Positions 46,803-58,414 of a stretch of 64,000 bases of DNA are shown one piece after another. A program made the translations under genes and the position numbers. Positions within the stretch are counted from its first letter, which is position 1, and every line of letters begins with the position of its first letter. Under the pieces are notes generated by a model. That model did not search any database. It was not told where the DNA came from and was given only the letters and a program-made list of their open reading frames with translations. This stretch comes from Monocercomonoides exilis PA203 (Eukaryota > Protista > Preaxostyla): contig LSRY02000001.1 of the NCBI GenBank assembly GCA_001643675.2, forward strand, positions 992,001 to 1,056,000, written 5' to 3'.

Positions 46803-49800
46803 ATGCGGAAGCGGATGGAAAACATGAAAGACGAAGAAGGAAATAAAACAATTCAGATTGAAGGATCAACTATTATTCGAGATTCATTCAATGTATCCAA
46901 TTATCAGATCAAAAAGTCTTCATTGATGGGAGAAGAGAATGTGAAAGCAATATTAAATGTTGAAAAGGCAGTTGGAAATCAACTGGAACATTTCATGGTG
47001 AATGAAATTCATCTTGAATTGAGGAATATCCAACTTCAACTAACATCTGGATTTGACAACTCAGCCAAAACAATTATTTCAAATATAAATGGAGATTTGG
47101 TGATAACTGGATGTGCATTCCATTCAGAGGCAGGAATGAACAATGGATTTGATTGCGTATTTGTGAATGCGATTGGAGGCAGTGTAGAAGTGAATGATTT
47201 GTCGATTGAATCATGCAATGTTGAAAATAGCATTTTTGCTATTCACGATGCTGGAGTTTCTTGCCATTTCTTAAATGTTCGAGTGGAGTCGTTGAATGAA
47301 AGTAGAGTTTGCTTTTTATCAGTCAAGAAATCTGAAGCAGGATTGAAGATTAATGAAGGAGAACTGATTGTGGATGGATTAATGATGGAAATTGCAGCGA
47401 CACTGACGATGAATGGGAAGCCGCCAATATCGATGACAAGCGGAGTGAAATTGGACATCAAGAACAGCAGAGTGAGTGGAGTGACGGTGGAAGACGGGAG
47501 CGGAGAAGGAAGAGGTTGCATTGGTGCTGCGATAAAAGAAGGAGGAAGCGCAGTTGTGGATAACTGCAGCATTTCAACAACATGCACAGGTGGAAGTGGG
47601 ATGAAAGGAGGAGGGATGATGATTTCAGTTGAGAACGGAGGAAGTTTGGAGATTAAAAGCGCAACATTCACAGGATGCCAGGTGCCAACAGAGGACAGCT
47701 TGCAGAAAGGAAGAGGAATGGGAGGAGGGATGTTTGTGAGTTTGGCAGATACAATGGGATCATTTAAGATGGAAGGAGTGACATTCAGCGAGTACAATGC
47801 CTGGAAAGGGAAGAAAGTGTTCATATCGGGAAATGAGCTGGACGAGGCTATGTCAAACGAACAACTGAAATGGGGGTTGAGTGCAAGTGATGAGAATTCA
47901 TTGGATAAGTTGTGTGGATGGGAGAAGAAGACTACAGGAGAAAATGGATATGTAATTCCACTTGTTGTGTATTTGTGGTTCAATTGGAGCAGGAATGGGT
48001 TTGTATCGAAGGAGAAAGGAGGAGACTTCAGCGGGTGTGGGTTTTCTGAAGCACCATGCTCATCGATTGATCACTTGACATCACTTCGATATCCAACGCT
48101 TGGAGGAGGGGAAACACATATTGCCATTGTGGAATCAGGATTGTTAATCCATCCGATATCATTCTTGTCTTCATTGCTAAATTTGCCAGATTCAGAGGTG
48201 CCAGCAGTTGTGATAAAAGGAACAAAGAAAGGGACAGGAGTGACGATCAGTGATGAAGATGAGAATGATCCAAAAGATTCAATGATATTATCTGATGTGA
48301 GTTTATCGATTGTAAACATGACATTCACAAAACCAGTCGCGAAAACTAATCATGCAGTATTCATTGAATCGTCAGGAACAAATGCATTCTTGACAGTCAC
48401 GGACTGCTCATTTGGATCAACTGGCGGGACTGTTGAAAGTTTTGGGTGTTGCCTGATAAAAGTGAATGGAGGCAGAGTTATTGCTCAAGAGTGTTTGTTG
48501 GATGCGGTTGACAAATTGAAAGAGTTCATCGCTTTCAGTGCAACAGCAACAAGAGAGGTGATTGTGGAGGATGTGAACATCTCGAATGTTGGGGTGAAGG
48601 AGAGAAGTCTGATATCGATGTTTGAGGATGAACAGATGAATGGGATGAAAGCCAAAAAAGGGATAAATGGAGGGGGAAATGGGAATTCAAACAACAAAAA
48701 AGTGGTGGTAAAAGTGAATGGCTCTTCGTTTTCATTCATCACAAATGGAGAAAACAGAGCAGGGGTGTTGAGTGTGGATTCATTTGCGAGGGCAATGGAG
48801 TGTGTGTTGGAGGGGTGTTCAATCTCGAGTTGCAGGAATGAAATGAGCGAGGAAGAAGGAGAAATGAAAGTGTGTCTGAAGAGAGGAGAATCAGAAGTGA
48901 GAGTTGTTGGGTGTTCGCTGGGGATGTGTTCGTGCTATGGGGTGAAGGGAAGAGGAGGAGGGATGATGGTTGAAGCATTTGACCCGAATGGGGGTGGAGC
49001 CAGTGCACTTGGGCCTGTTGGGATAAGGATGGAGAATGTGAGGTTTTGGGGGAACGAGGTGTTTGTGGAGAAGGATGTGTTCATCAAGTGCCACTCGATT
49101 GGGAAACAGATCAATAAAACGATGTTTGTGCTGGACTTCGAGCGGGATGCACTGAAGGGGAAGAACTCGATGTGTGGGAGCGATGGAGAAGGGAAAGTTG
49201 ATGTTGATTTGATTCCGTTGATCACATTCTTTCACTCAGCTCAGGTGTTTGTGAGTGTAAATGAAAATGATAGCAGACGGTGTGGAGCACAGAATTATCC
49301 GTGCCAGAGCATAAGTTGTGGTTATAAACATATTGAGAGAAGCGTTGCAAATATGATTTTAATTCATGGAGAATGCATGATTTGTGGATGGTGTGAGATA
49401 GGAGATTTGAATGTGAAGTCGGTGAAGAAGGCAAAATCCACAATCCATTTTGAGGGGAAGATGGGGGACAGAGGAGAGGAGAGGAGCATGATGGTGTTTG
49501 TGAATGAGTGTGTTGTGGAGAGGTGCAAGTTTGTGTTTGGAGACCCATTTGAAGGGGTTGAAGAGAGTGTGGGAAAAGATCTCATCAGTAGTCGCGAAAA
49601 TGACATCGAGGCGAGCGTGTTAATTTTATTTGGGAATGCAGAATTTCCTTCTTCAGCACAGCCATTTGTTCTGAAGAATACAAGTGAAACAAAGGGAAAT
49701 GGAAATGAAATAATGTCAAAAGGAGAGGATAAATTTGAATGGAGTTTATTTGCCTTTATTGAATGTATTGTGATTGGTGTGATTCTGTTGTTTGTGATTG

Positions 49801-49955
49801 TTGCGGTAGTTGTGCTAATGAGAAAGAAATTAAGGGAAGCAGAAAAGAGAGTTGAGAAAGAAAGATTTGAAAACGAGCAGATAATGGGAAAGATAGAGAA
49901 GAGAAGAAGGAAGAAAATTTTGAGAATATCTCAGTGCATATTGAAGGAAGCGTGA
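46803..49955 (+). CDS. Chimeric, 5'-truncated paralogue of the giant surface-protein family (1050-aa ORF with TM; no signal peptide, no kinase tail)
   Basis: Starts mid-module. aa ~6-182 equal the 34749-43841 gene; these are followed by a divergent ectodomain with two CGxxxxPC modules, then an abrupt jump to the juxtamembrane/TM module (SVG|KDLISS). Expression unknown. Confidence 0.7.
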   Translation: MRKRMENMKDEEGNKTIQIEGSTIIRDSFNVSNYQIKKSSLMGEENVKAILNVEKAVGNQLEHFMVNEIHLELRNIQLQLTSGFDNSAKTIISNINGDLVITGCAFHSEAGMNNGFDCVFVNAIGGSVEVNDLSIESCNVENSIFAIHDAGVSCHFLNVRVESLNESRVCFLSVKKSEAGLKINEGELIVDGLMMEIAATLTMNGKPPISMTSGVKLDIKNSRVSGVTVEDGSGEGRGCIGAAIKEGGSAVVDNCSISTTCTGGSGMKGGGMMISVENGGSLEIKSATFTGCQVPTEDSLQKGRGMGGGMFVSLADTMGSFKMEGVTFSEYNAWKGKKVFISGNELDEAMSNEQLKWGLSASDENSLDKLCGWEKKTTGENGYVIPLVVYLWFNWSRNGFVSKEKGGDFSGCGFSEAPCSSIDHLTSLRYPTLGGGETHIAIVESGLLIHPISFLSSLLNLPDSEVPAVVIKGTKKGTGVTISDEDENDPKDSMILSDVSLSIVNMTFTKPVAKTNHAVFIESSGTNAFLTVTDCSFGSTGGTVESFGCCLIKVNGGRVIAQECLLDAVDKLKEFIAFSATATREVIVEDVNISNVGVKERSLISMFEDEQMNGMKAKKGINGGGNGNSNNKKVVVKVNGSSFSFITNGENRAGVLSVDSFARAMECVLEGCSISSCRNEMSEEEGEMKVCLKRGESEVRVVGCSLGMCSCYGVKGRGGGMMVEAFDPNGGGASALGPVGIRMENVRFWGNEVFVEKDVFIKCHSIGKQINKTMFVLDFERDALKGKNSMCGSDGEGKVDVDLIPLITFFHSAQVFVSVNENDSRRCGAQNYPCQSISCGYKHIERSVANMILIHGECMICGWCEIGDLNVKSVKKAKSTIHFEGKMGDRGEERSMMVFVNECVVERCKFVFGDPFEGVEESVGKDLISSRENDIEASVLILFGNAEFPSSAQPFVLKNTSETKGNGNEIMSKGEDKFEWSLFAFIECIVIGVILLFVIVAVVVLMRKKLREAEKRVEKERFENEQIMGKIEKRRRKKILRISQCILKEA

Positions 49956-50039
49956 TGAAGATGGATGGAGCTGAAAGGGGGTTGTGTGTGCTGAACTGTT
50001 CCTTTGTGAAATGCCGTAGCACGAACAAGAGAGGAAGGA

Positions 50040-50305
50040 TGATAAGGATATGTTAGTGCGTGGATGTGCTGATTGGATCGTATATGTTTGATGGAGAGGA
50101 AGGAGATGAAAAAGAAGGAAAGCATGAAAATGACGATAATGGAAGAGACGAAGAGATATGCAGATGGGATGAATCTCTTGTGGATATCTTTAACAGTTCT
50201 GTTTTGATGAAAGATTTTGCAATCTCTAATTCACATGAAAAAGGAATAACAATGAGGGGAGGAAATGTGTGGATGAAAGCAAAAACATTTTTCAATAATT
50301 ATTAG
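50040..50305 (+). pseudogene. Out-of-order ectodomain fragment of the same family
   Basis: EEICRWDESLVDIFNSSVLMKDFAISNSHEKGITMRGGNV aligns with EEMCRWSGSLVDAVKSSVMMKDATITNSPEGGITISGGNV, which lies upstream of the TM in the full-length gene. Confidence 0.85.
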
Positions 50306-51396
50306 GACTTTTTCACTTTATTGCAACAATAATTTTGAAATTTTCTTGTTGTTCACATAAAATTGTAAATGTTTTTGTTTGTGTAAAGGAAATACATCTT
50401 TATTTGTATCTTTGCAATTATTGTTTGATGTTTATAAAACAATTTTAAGAATGAAATGAATATATTATTTGTGAAAAAGATATGATCTTTATAATTTCTA
50501 AAGCAGTTTCAATATTTTTCAATCAATTATTTATTCACTTTGCTTGCAAATTATAATTATTCTACAACATATTTTTGTCATCATCCGTGACACTAGGATC
50601 AAGAAAACAAAGAACAAATTCAAAAATAACTTTTCAATGAATGAAATATAAACATTTCTAAACGACTGATTAATTAAAAACTTCTTTGCTGAAACATACT
50701 GTAATAATTCCTTTCTTTTTGTTTTAATCATGCAGAGTTCAAAAATGAAAGATAAAAAAATGAAAGAATATGTCAGTTTTTCAAAGTTTCAATTAAATTG
50801 AACAATTTTTATCCAGTCAGAGTTTAAACAAAACTTTTTCAATACATTGCCATCTTTATTGAAATGAATATCCAGTTGCTTCTTAATAATAAAGTGCATT
50901 TCAAAAAGTTTTCTTGACTAAGGAATGAAAGCATTACATAACATTAAACATTCACAAGCGTAATTACATTCAAATAAATAAACACGAAAGTGTTCGATTT
51001 TCAAACTTTTAGGTTCTATTTAAACCAAAACAATATATTCAATTTTCCAGATATTAAAAAATTTATTGTGGGTTAGATCAAAGATGTTTAATTAAATTTT
51101 TTGTTTATGATTTATATTTTTTTGATGAAAATTAACAAATAAAATATGTCTATATAATAATGCAAACACATTGGATGTCCAAAAATCACGTTTTCTTTAA
51201 TATTTGAATATTATTTAATGAAATTCATGTTTTTATGGGTCATTTTTCAAAAATCATTTTTTTCAACAAAATAAATTTTTTTCGAAAAATCGGTCCATAA
51301 AAAGTTTTATAATAATTATTACCTATTTATTCATCATAATTTTAATGCCTAAAAACGCAATTTGCAAAAGGAGCGCATTTTGACCTATGCCGAAAG

Positions 51397-53886
51397 TTAT
51401 CGAACAGAATCTGCGTCAAGTTCAATAGAATATAGTGAAGTTAACGACAACAATGAAAAAGACGGGAAAATCGAAGAGATAATGTGAGGCACGCAAGGAG
51501 AAGAGTGTAGTTGTGTAGATTCTGAAACTTTTGAAGCCGTTGCAGAAGCAAATGCTGCTTCAGATGCAGAGGCATAAATGATAGAAGAAGAAGAAGAAGA
51601 AGATAATTCGAAGATACAAAACATTGAGAATGTGAGGAGACATTTATTTGGAAAAATATGATTTCATATAAGAAAATGAATCGAAAGAAGGAAAATGAGA
51701 AAATGAAGAAAAAAGAAAAAAGGAAAAAAGAAAGAAGATAGAAGAAGATAGAAGAAGAGAAAGAAGAAAAGGAGGAGGACGAGGAAGAAGCAGTAAAAGA
51801 GTTATCCAAAATAGAATAGCCAAAGATCCCTCACACTCACGCGCCAGTGTGGAGCGCGAGTTTGTCGAGAAAGAGCTCCGCAGACGAGTCAAAGTTCCAT
51901 TTCCAGTTGCAGTTCCAGTTGCATATGCATTTGCAGTGGCTGTTGTGTCTGTGCCTTCTGGAATAACACCAACATCAACATCAATGCCAGTGCTAATGCC
52001 AGGCGGAGGAGTGAAAGAGAGAGGGATATCATTAACTGTGCACAAGCGGGAGCGGTTCAGGCTTATGTTCGCACTCGGATAAAAGCAATTATCTGAAGTT
52101 AACTATCGACCTCTTTCTCTTTCTCTCTCTTGCTCCTTCTTTGGTTAATTCCTTATTTTCTTCATCGCACTTTTCAGTAACAGCACCTGTCAGAACATTA
52201 TCTGAAAGAGAATCTGCAATAGGAACTGTGTCTGAACTGACAGTTAATGCTCCCTGTGTCTGCCTCGCTACTCCACTCAGCCCTATTAGCCCAGCAATAC
52301 CGGCAAGCGACGGGTTGAAGGAAGAGGCATCTGTATGCACCGAATGTATTGAATGCACTGAATGCACAGAATCCAGAGAAGATGCCAGTGTGTTTGGCGA
52401 AGATGAGGACAACGGATGAGGCAGAGAAGCGCTCAGAGAAAGGGACAAGGAGGAAGGAGCGATGGGGATAGAAGAGCTGTGCAGAGGCTGCAGATGCTGC
52501 GTTGCTTTATTATATGATGCCAAAAGGGATGAAGAAATCGGAGGTTTTTCAATCGGGTCAGAGAAGACGAGGGAAGGTGGGTTTGGCCCATCGCCCATAG
52601 CGTCCTGCAAAGAGAGCAGATCAGTCTCAGTGAATGCGCTGTGGTGTGCAGCTGTCCCTCTTTCCTTCTTCACCGAGTCAAACAAGGAGGCAGAGAAAGA
52701 GCGGGGCTTAGAGAGTGATAGTGAAGGGAACGGGAGAATGAGGTCGGAAGGTCTGATGGCTGAGGAGTTGGCAGAGAAAGTGCCAGCGCTGCTGCTGTTG
52801 ACGTGTGTGAAGGCGCTGAGGGAGGAGCAGCGGGGAGAGGAGAAGGATAGAGGGTCAAAAGAGTCAGGAAGAGCTCCTTCGGAGAAGTTGTTCCTGGAGC
52901 TGTCTAGAGAGGAGAAAGAATAAGGGAGCATGGGGGAGAGAGGTAATTATTATTGTTATTATTCCTGAAATTATTATTGTTGTAATTATTATTAATACCA
53001 ATGATGCTTTCATTGAGTTTATTGCTGTTGTCCCTGGTGAGTGAGAACAGATCATCAGCTGCCTCTTCCCCAACAGAATATGTCACTGACTGATGCTTAT
53101 TCAAATACTCTCTGTCTTCTTTTTCTTCTTCTTCTTCATTCAACGAGCGATTTGTCACCGATCCTACAATGTTTATCTCTGAGGCAATGGCTGTTGACAT
53201 ACCAACTCCATTGTCTATGCTATTCTCTATTCCATTTCCTATCCCATTTCCTGTGCCACTGATTGTGCCTATTCCAGAGAGAGACAAAGAAAGCGAGTGC
53301 GAGCGGGGCTTCGAGCCGTCCATGATGGAGCGGCGGGAGGAGTGGAAGGAGCGGAGCGAGGCGTAGCGGGAGGAAGACAAAGAGAACATTTCGTCTTCAT
53401 CTATCGCGGGGGCAAGTTGATGATGATGATGATGACGACGAGGGGATTTCTGGAGTGAGGTTGTGTCATTGTCATTGTCATCATTGGTATTATTATTATT
53501 ATTATTATCTTCATCATCGTCATTATTATTGTTGTTGTTGTTGTTTGACTGGCTGAAACAGCACGCACCGCTGCTCCTGAAAAGGAGGAGAAAGAGGAAG
53601 AGAAAGGAAATGAAGAAAAAAAAGAAGATGAAGAAGATGAGGAAGAAGAGGACAACAACGAAGAAGAAGATAACCCCACAACAATATGTCTTCTGGAAAA
53701 TGTGTCTGAGGCTAGGCGATGAGATAGCACGTCAATAGACATTCCACGAGGTGCTTCAAGTGCTGTCTTGATGTCTGTCTGAACTGAGTTCTTCCGGTCA
53801 ATTTGACAGAAAATGGCATCTTCTTCTTCCTCTTCTTCTTCTTCTTCTTTTTCTTTTTCTGTTAGTAACATGCTTTTCTCTCGCAC
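51397..53886 (-). pseudogene. Low-complexity (Ser/Asn/Glu-rich) uncharacterised coding-like region broken into several frames
   Basis: Consecutive minus-strand ORFs 53401-53886, 52904-53389, 52089-52931 and 51644-52045 are joined only by frameshifts or stops; no recognisable domain. Confidence 0.4.
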
Positions 53887-54039
53887 TCTCTTCTACAAGC
53901 ATTTCATTCCCCCTTCGCCTCATTCATCTGTTCATGATACACACTCAAAATTGAATGGAATAACTACTTCTCTTTCCTCCTCTCTTTCTTCTTCTTCTGC
54001 GGCTGCTCCATTCTCTGCAAGTGCATCGTTGTCTGAGAA

Positions 54040-54771
54040 CAAGCAGCGTGTCTCGTCTGCTGCTATTGGACTGAGGAACGGGTAGTGGGGCACACTCACA
54101 TCGAATACACTTTCAAAAGCCCGACTGGATGTGGATGAGATCGGCGACTCGAAAAGCCAAATTGCAATTTTACTGCGTTTTCTAGCTGTTTTTGGAGCGT
54201 CTGCGAGGAAGATTCTTCAGGTGAATGAGAACATTCTGAGCATCATCCCCAGCGGAGGTAGTGACCAGTCACATCAACAGCACAACAACAGCAGCAGCAG
54301 AAGAGAACTCAGCCGATTATTGTGGATGTGCCGCTGAAATGGCCGATCTTCAGCTGCAGAGCCCACTTCCCAGCAGCTGCAGTGTCTGCCACGAAAGAAG
54401 TGCGTGTGAATGTGATGTTTGCAAGCCACGTGTCCATTCCGCTGGAGTTTGAGACTGTGACACTTCTGTTCAACCACTCAGCACTCAGCACAACACTCAC
54501 AAACAAGCAGCTGGTTGAGCATTCCGTTTTGTACCAGGCACTTGCATCGAGAGAAAAGCAAAACGAAAAGAAGACAGAGGATGGTGAGGGTGAAGGTGAA
54601 GACAGCAAAGGAAATGAAACCGGAAATGAAGTGTCTCATCACGGTGAGTCTGAGAATTCAATTAATAATTCATCTTCGTCTGATGATTCAGCTGTTCAGT
54701 CTTCACATTCCTCGTCTTCTAAATTTGCACTTCGAGATGCTTTCAAAGCACTCACAGAACAATTTCTTTGA
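54040..54771 (+). pseudogene. TRAPPC11/TRAPPC10-like (foie gras/gryzun region) gene fragment
   Basis: LRNG*WGTLTSNTLSKA..IGDSKSQIAILLRFL resembles the foie-gras YRxEGWxxLLxxxL motif. PIFSCRAHFP..VRVNVMFASHVSIPLEFETVTLLFN resembles the following beta-sandwich. Internal TAG and a frameshift are present. Confidence 0.5.
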
Positions 54772-55760
54772 GTCCAATTCAATCAGAACTGGCCGTCACT
54801 TATGGACTCTTGTCAACTGGTATCACCTCAAAATCATCGTCTTCATCATCAGAAACAACAGCTTCTTCCAAAACTTTTTCAAAAGCATTAAAAGCTTCTA
54901 GTGAGTAAAAAAAGAAGGAATGAAAAGGAAATGAGAGAAATACAAAAGATAAATGAAAAAGAGTGGAAAATTGATATTAAAGACCAAGAATTTAATAAAG
55001 AACGAAGTAACTATTGACTTTTCTTTTTCGAAACAACAATGAAACAATGTTCACAAAAAGCAATTATTTTTTTGAACTGATAATTTTTTTGTATTTTTTA
55101 ATTTGAAAACTCTTGTTTCATATGTTTGTTTTTTGTTTTGTTATGTTATGTTTATAATTTTTTTGTTCGTCTTTTTTTTATTGTTTGATTATGAAAATTA
55201 TGCTTTTTTCATGAAAAATTTTCTTTATCTTACAACCTGAAAGAAATAATTATGTGGAAGTTGTAATGTATTTTCTTTTTTTTTTATGAAATCTTTAACA
55301 GTAACATATCTCCTTCTGTTCCGCCGTCTTTTTGAGTTTGAATATTTTTAACTTTTGTTTATTGAAAATTTATCAGAAAAATCATGGTTTAATTTGAAAC
55401 ATTTTTTTCAAATTGTGGTTTTGTTTTTTCTTTGAAGTTAAAGTTGTTTCCTTTTTGTTTGAATTAAATAAGTTTTTGATATTTTCATCTTTTGACAGTA
55501 ATATTTTGTCATAGTTATTTTTTGTAATTCAAACAAATATTACATTTTGTTATGTGCAACTTCCAAATCCGAAGAAGCGGAATTGTTTTCCACAAAATAA
55601 CTATTTCATCAATGTTATATCACCGAAATCAAAAGTTCGTTTAGTTAAATCAACTTTTATTCATCACACATTTGAATTTAAAAAAATAATTTTCAAAAAG
55701 AAGAAACATTTCTTTTAAAACTATCAAAATTTTTGATCAAATTGTCCTTCAATGAAAATC

Positions 55761-55804
55761 ATTGTCCACAGTTATTGAAAGTGTCCACAATTATTAACAC
55801 TGAC
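55761..55804. repeat. Solo terminal repeat of MITE family 2
   Basis: TGTCCACAGTTATTGAAAGTGTCCACAATTATTAACACTGAC|TA matches 57639-57680. Confidence 0.75.
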
Positions 55805-56786
55805 TATAGTTGAAAAACTTATTATTCAAAATTGGTACACTTTTTACACAAATTTAATAAAAATGAGTATGATTTTTAAAAATAAATTTTTTTTGAAAAA
55901 TTGGTTTTTTGCTGAGTGAAAGAAAGCAACAAAAATATTACATTTTTTCATTATAGATAAAAAGGATGAGAAATTGAACCCCGATTTTATCACTTGTCAA
56001 TAATCATGAAATTTTCTGATTTTTCAGAAAAAAATCATCATCATGGAAATCGGATAATTTTTTATTGATTCACTTCACATTATTTAAATATGCATTTCTC
56101 AAGCAAGATAAATCATTTTTTTAGAAACATTTTAAGACGATAAATATATAATAAATGAAGAATTCCGAAAGGTCATTCAAAAACTCATTCAGTTGAGAAA
56201 ATTATTTACATGATGTTTGGAAAATTGACATAAATTATTTTTCTTGATTGAATAATACATAATTTAACAATGTGATGAACATTCATTGAAAATTATTAGA
56301 TTTTAGTGATGATTATCAATTCAGTAAATGTTAATTTTTTCTGTTTTTCTACAAATAATAATATTGGAGGTTCTATTTCTCATCAATATTTCGAATATTG
56401 ACTGAATTTGATATTTTCATCACTTGCTCGTATTCAGCCAAAAACAAAATTTTCACAATCGAAAACTATTATTGAAAAACACTCTATCTGATCGATATTA
56501 AATAAGTTCAAATAACTTGTTGTTTGATCTTAGAGAAATCGTTTCTTTCACTTCCTTCTCTCACTCTCCCAACTATAACAGCTCATCTCCTTTATAATTT
56601 TGTTACTGCAGAATAACAATGACGGAAAAGTAAAATAATTATCAGACCTTCTTTTTATTTTGAACATTTTTAAAAATGCATAATTTGAAAATTTATGTCT
56701 TTCCTGTTTTTCACACATGTGTTTTTTCAACTTGAGAAAAATTTTTCATTCTGCCAATTATCAATTCATTTTCAAAATTTCCCATA

Positions 56787-57031
56787 TGTCTCATTTTTTT
56801 TGGAAAATAGTTCATTTTGGTTAAATCTCAAATAAAATAAAAATTTCATATTTCAATCAAATTTCTGTTCCCACTTATGAAACTTCACTGAAATGTGAAT
56901 AATAACATTGTCGAAATTTTGTTTTCATAATGGTTAAATTTGGTGAGTGGGAACAGAAATTTGATCGAAATATGAAATTATTATTCTATTTGAAATTTTA
57001 ACAAAAGGAACTTTTCAAAATAATTTTCACA
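56787..57031. mobile_element. MITE family 1, copy E
   Basis: TA|TGTCTCATTTTTTTTGGAAA...GGAACTTTTCAAAATAATTTTCACA|TA with the family core GTGAGTGGGAACAGAAATTTGAT. Confidence 0.85.
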
Positions 57032-57035
57032 TATA

Positions 57036-57680
57036 GTTAGTGTAAATAATGGATTATTCAATTTGAAAAGTCACAAATGTTAAATTTTCAAATTATTCAA
57101 AAAATTCATATTTTGCTCATATTTCTGTTTCCACTCACTAATCTTCCTAAGAATGTTTGAAATAGCATTATCAAGCGATAGATTCCATTTAAGTCAAATT
57201 TGATATTTAGAAACAAAATATTAAGCAAAATATGAATTTTTTGATTTATTTGAAAATTAAACATTTGCGACTTTTCAAAAAGAATTACCCTAATGGTGAA
57301 TACTTTCAATAACTGTGGACAGTTGAATTATCTCAACAACCGTTGACAGTTGTTTTTTGACAATAAATCATATAATAACTTCAATGAATATGAACTTATA
57401 AGATATCCGGAAATAAAACAACTTGCTCCGCAAAATGAAGATAAAAACACTTTTAATTTTCGGGTAAACAAAGAGAATCTTATTTCTTCGGGTATTTGGA
57501 AAAAGGAAAAATAATTATATATAAATTCATTGTGTTGGATGCATAATTGAAATAATTAAAATTCGGTTATATTCAATGAGGGAATAGTTGTGTTCATTAT
57601 TAAAATACATCAATGAATGGTTGTTGAGATGAAACCACTGTCCACAGTTTTTGAAAGTGTCCACCATTATTAACACTAAC
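57036..57680. mobile_element. MITE family 2 (~60-bp TIRs), left TIR interrupted by a family 1 copy
   Basis: Removing 57049-57290 and one TA restores GTTAGTGTAAATAATGGTGAATACTTTCAATAACTGTGGACAGT..CTCAACAACC, the inverse of 57619-57680. Confidence 0.8.
57049..57290. mobile_element. MITE family 1, copy F (A-type subfamily), nested
   Basis: TTTGAAAAGTCACAAATGTT...AACATTTGCGACTTTTCAAAAAGAATTACCC, flanked by TA at 57047-48 and 57291-92. Confidence 0.85.
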
Positions 57681-58414
57681 AATACCCACCTTTTCGTATC
57701 ATTTCATAAATAAGCATTTGATCGCAGGATGACTGACCTGAAACGCGGAGCTCTCATAACTAAAAGAGAAGGAAGTTTAATAACCATTTACACTTTCAAA
57801 GTTTCATAAGTTTGAATAATTAGTTTTCCAAATTTGAATAATAAATAATGTATTATCTTGAAATATTTTCTCTATAGAAAATCAGAATTAAAAATGTTAG
57901 AGTAATTTTCACAAGATAATTAAATGAAAGCAACCGAAAAAATAATTTATTTTCTTCAGTTCCTTTAACAGTTCAACATTTTCAAATGTCATTATTGCTT
58001 TTTAAAGCTTCTTGTTAAATAGTTTTTTCTTTTTTTAATAATCTGAGAAAAAAGCGACAAAAAAATCATTCTTTTTTGCAAATTACCAAATGAAATGATA
58101 ATCAATATCACATTTTTGTCCAATTTTTCACCAGACATATTGAATAATATATGTTGTTTAAATTGGAATCAAAAAATGATTTCAAAAACGATCAGCCATA
58201 TTTCATATTTAATATTTTTTTATAAAATCAATGAATTCTGAAGAGAAAAGTTTTTAAAAAAAATTAAACTTTGATTTTACAAAATTAAAATTCTCCAAAA
58301 ACAAACAAGATCGAGAATGATCAGAGAATTTCAAATTTAATTTATCAAAAAAAATCGAAATGAAAGAGAATAAAAAAATATTTTACAAATAGAAACAGGA
58401 GAAAAATAACAGAA

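Larger units (their letters stand above)
45758..51391. mobile_element. Putative Pack-type non-autonomous element with 330-bp TIRs carrying surface-protein gene fragments
   Basis: 45758-46087 (GGCATAGGTC...CCCACAATAAA) is the inverse of 51062-51391, with four mismatches seen, all in the outer 22 bp. GG...CC termini; no transposase; no matching TSD. Confidence 0.75.

Noticed and set aside
13941-57290. Recurrent palindromic repeats as a CRISPR-like array
   Set aside because: The copies are dispersed ~245-bp foldbacks with TA flanks, not short repeats with spacers, and the context is eukaryotic with no cas genes.
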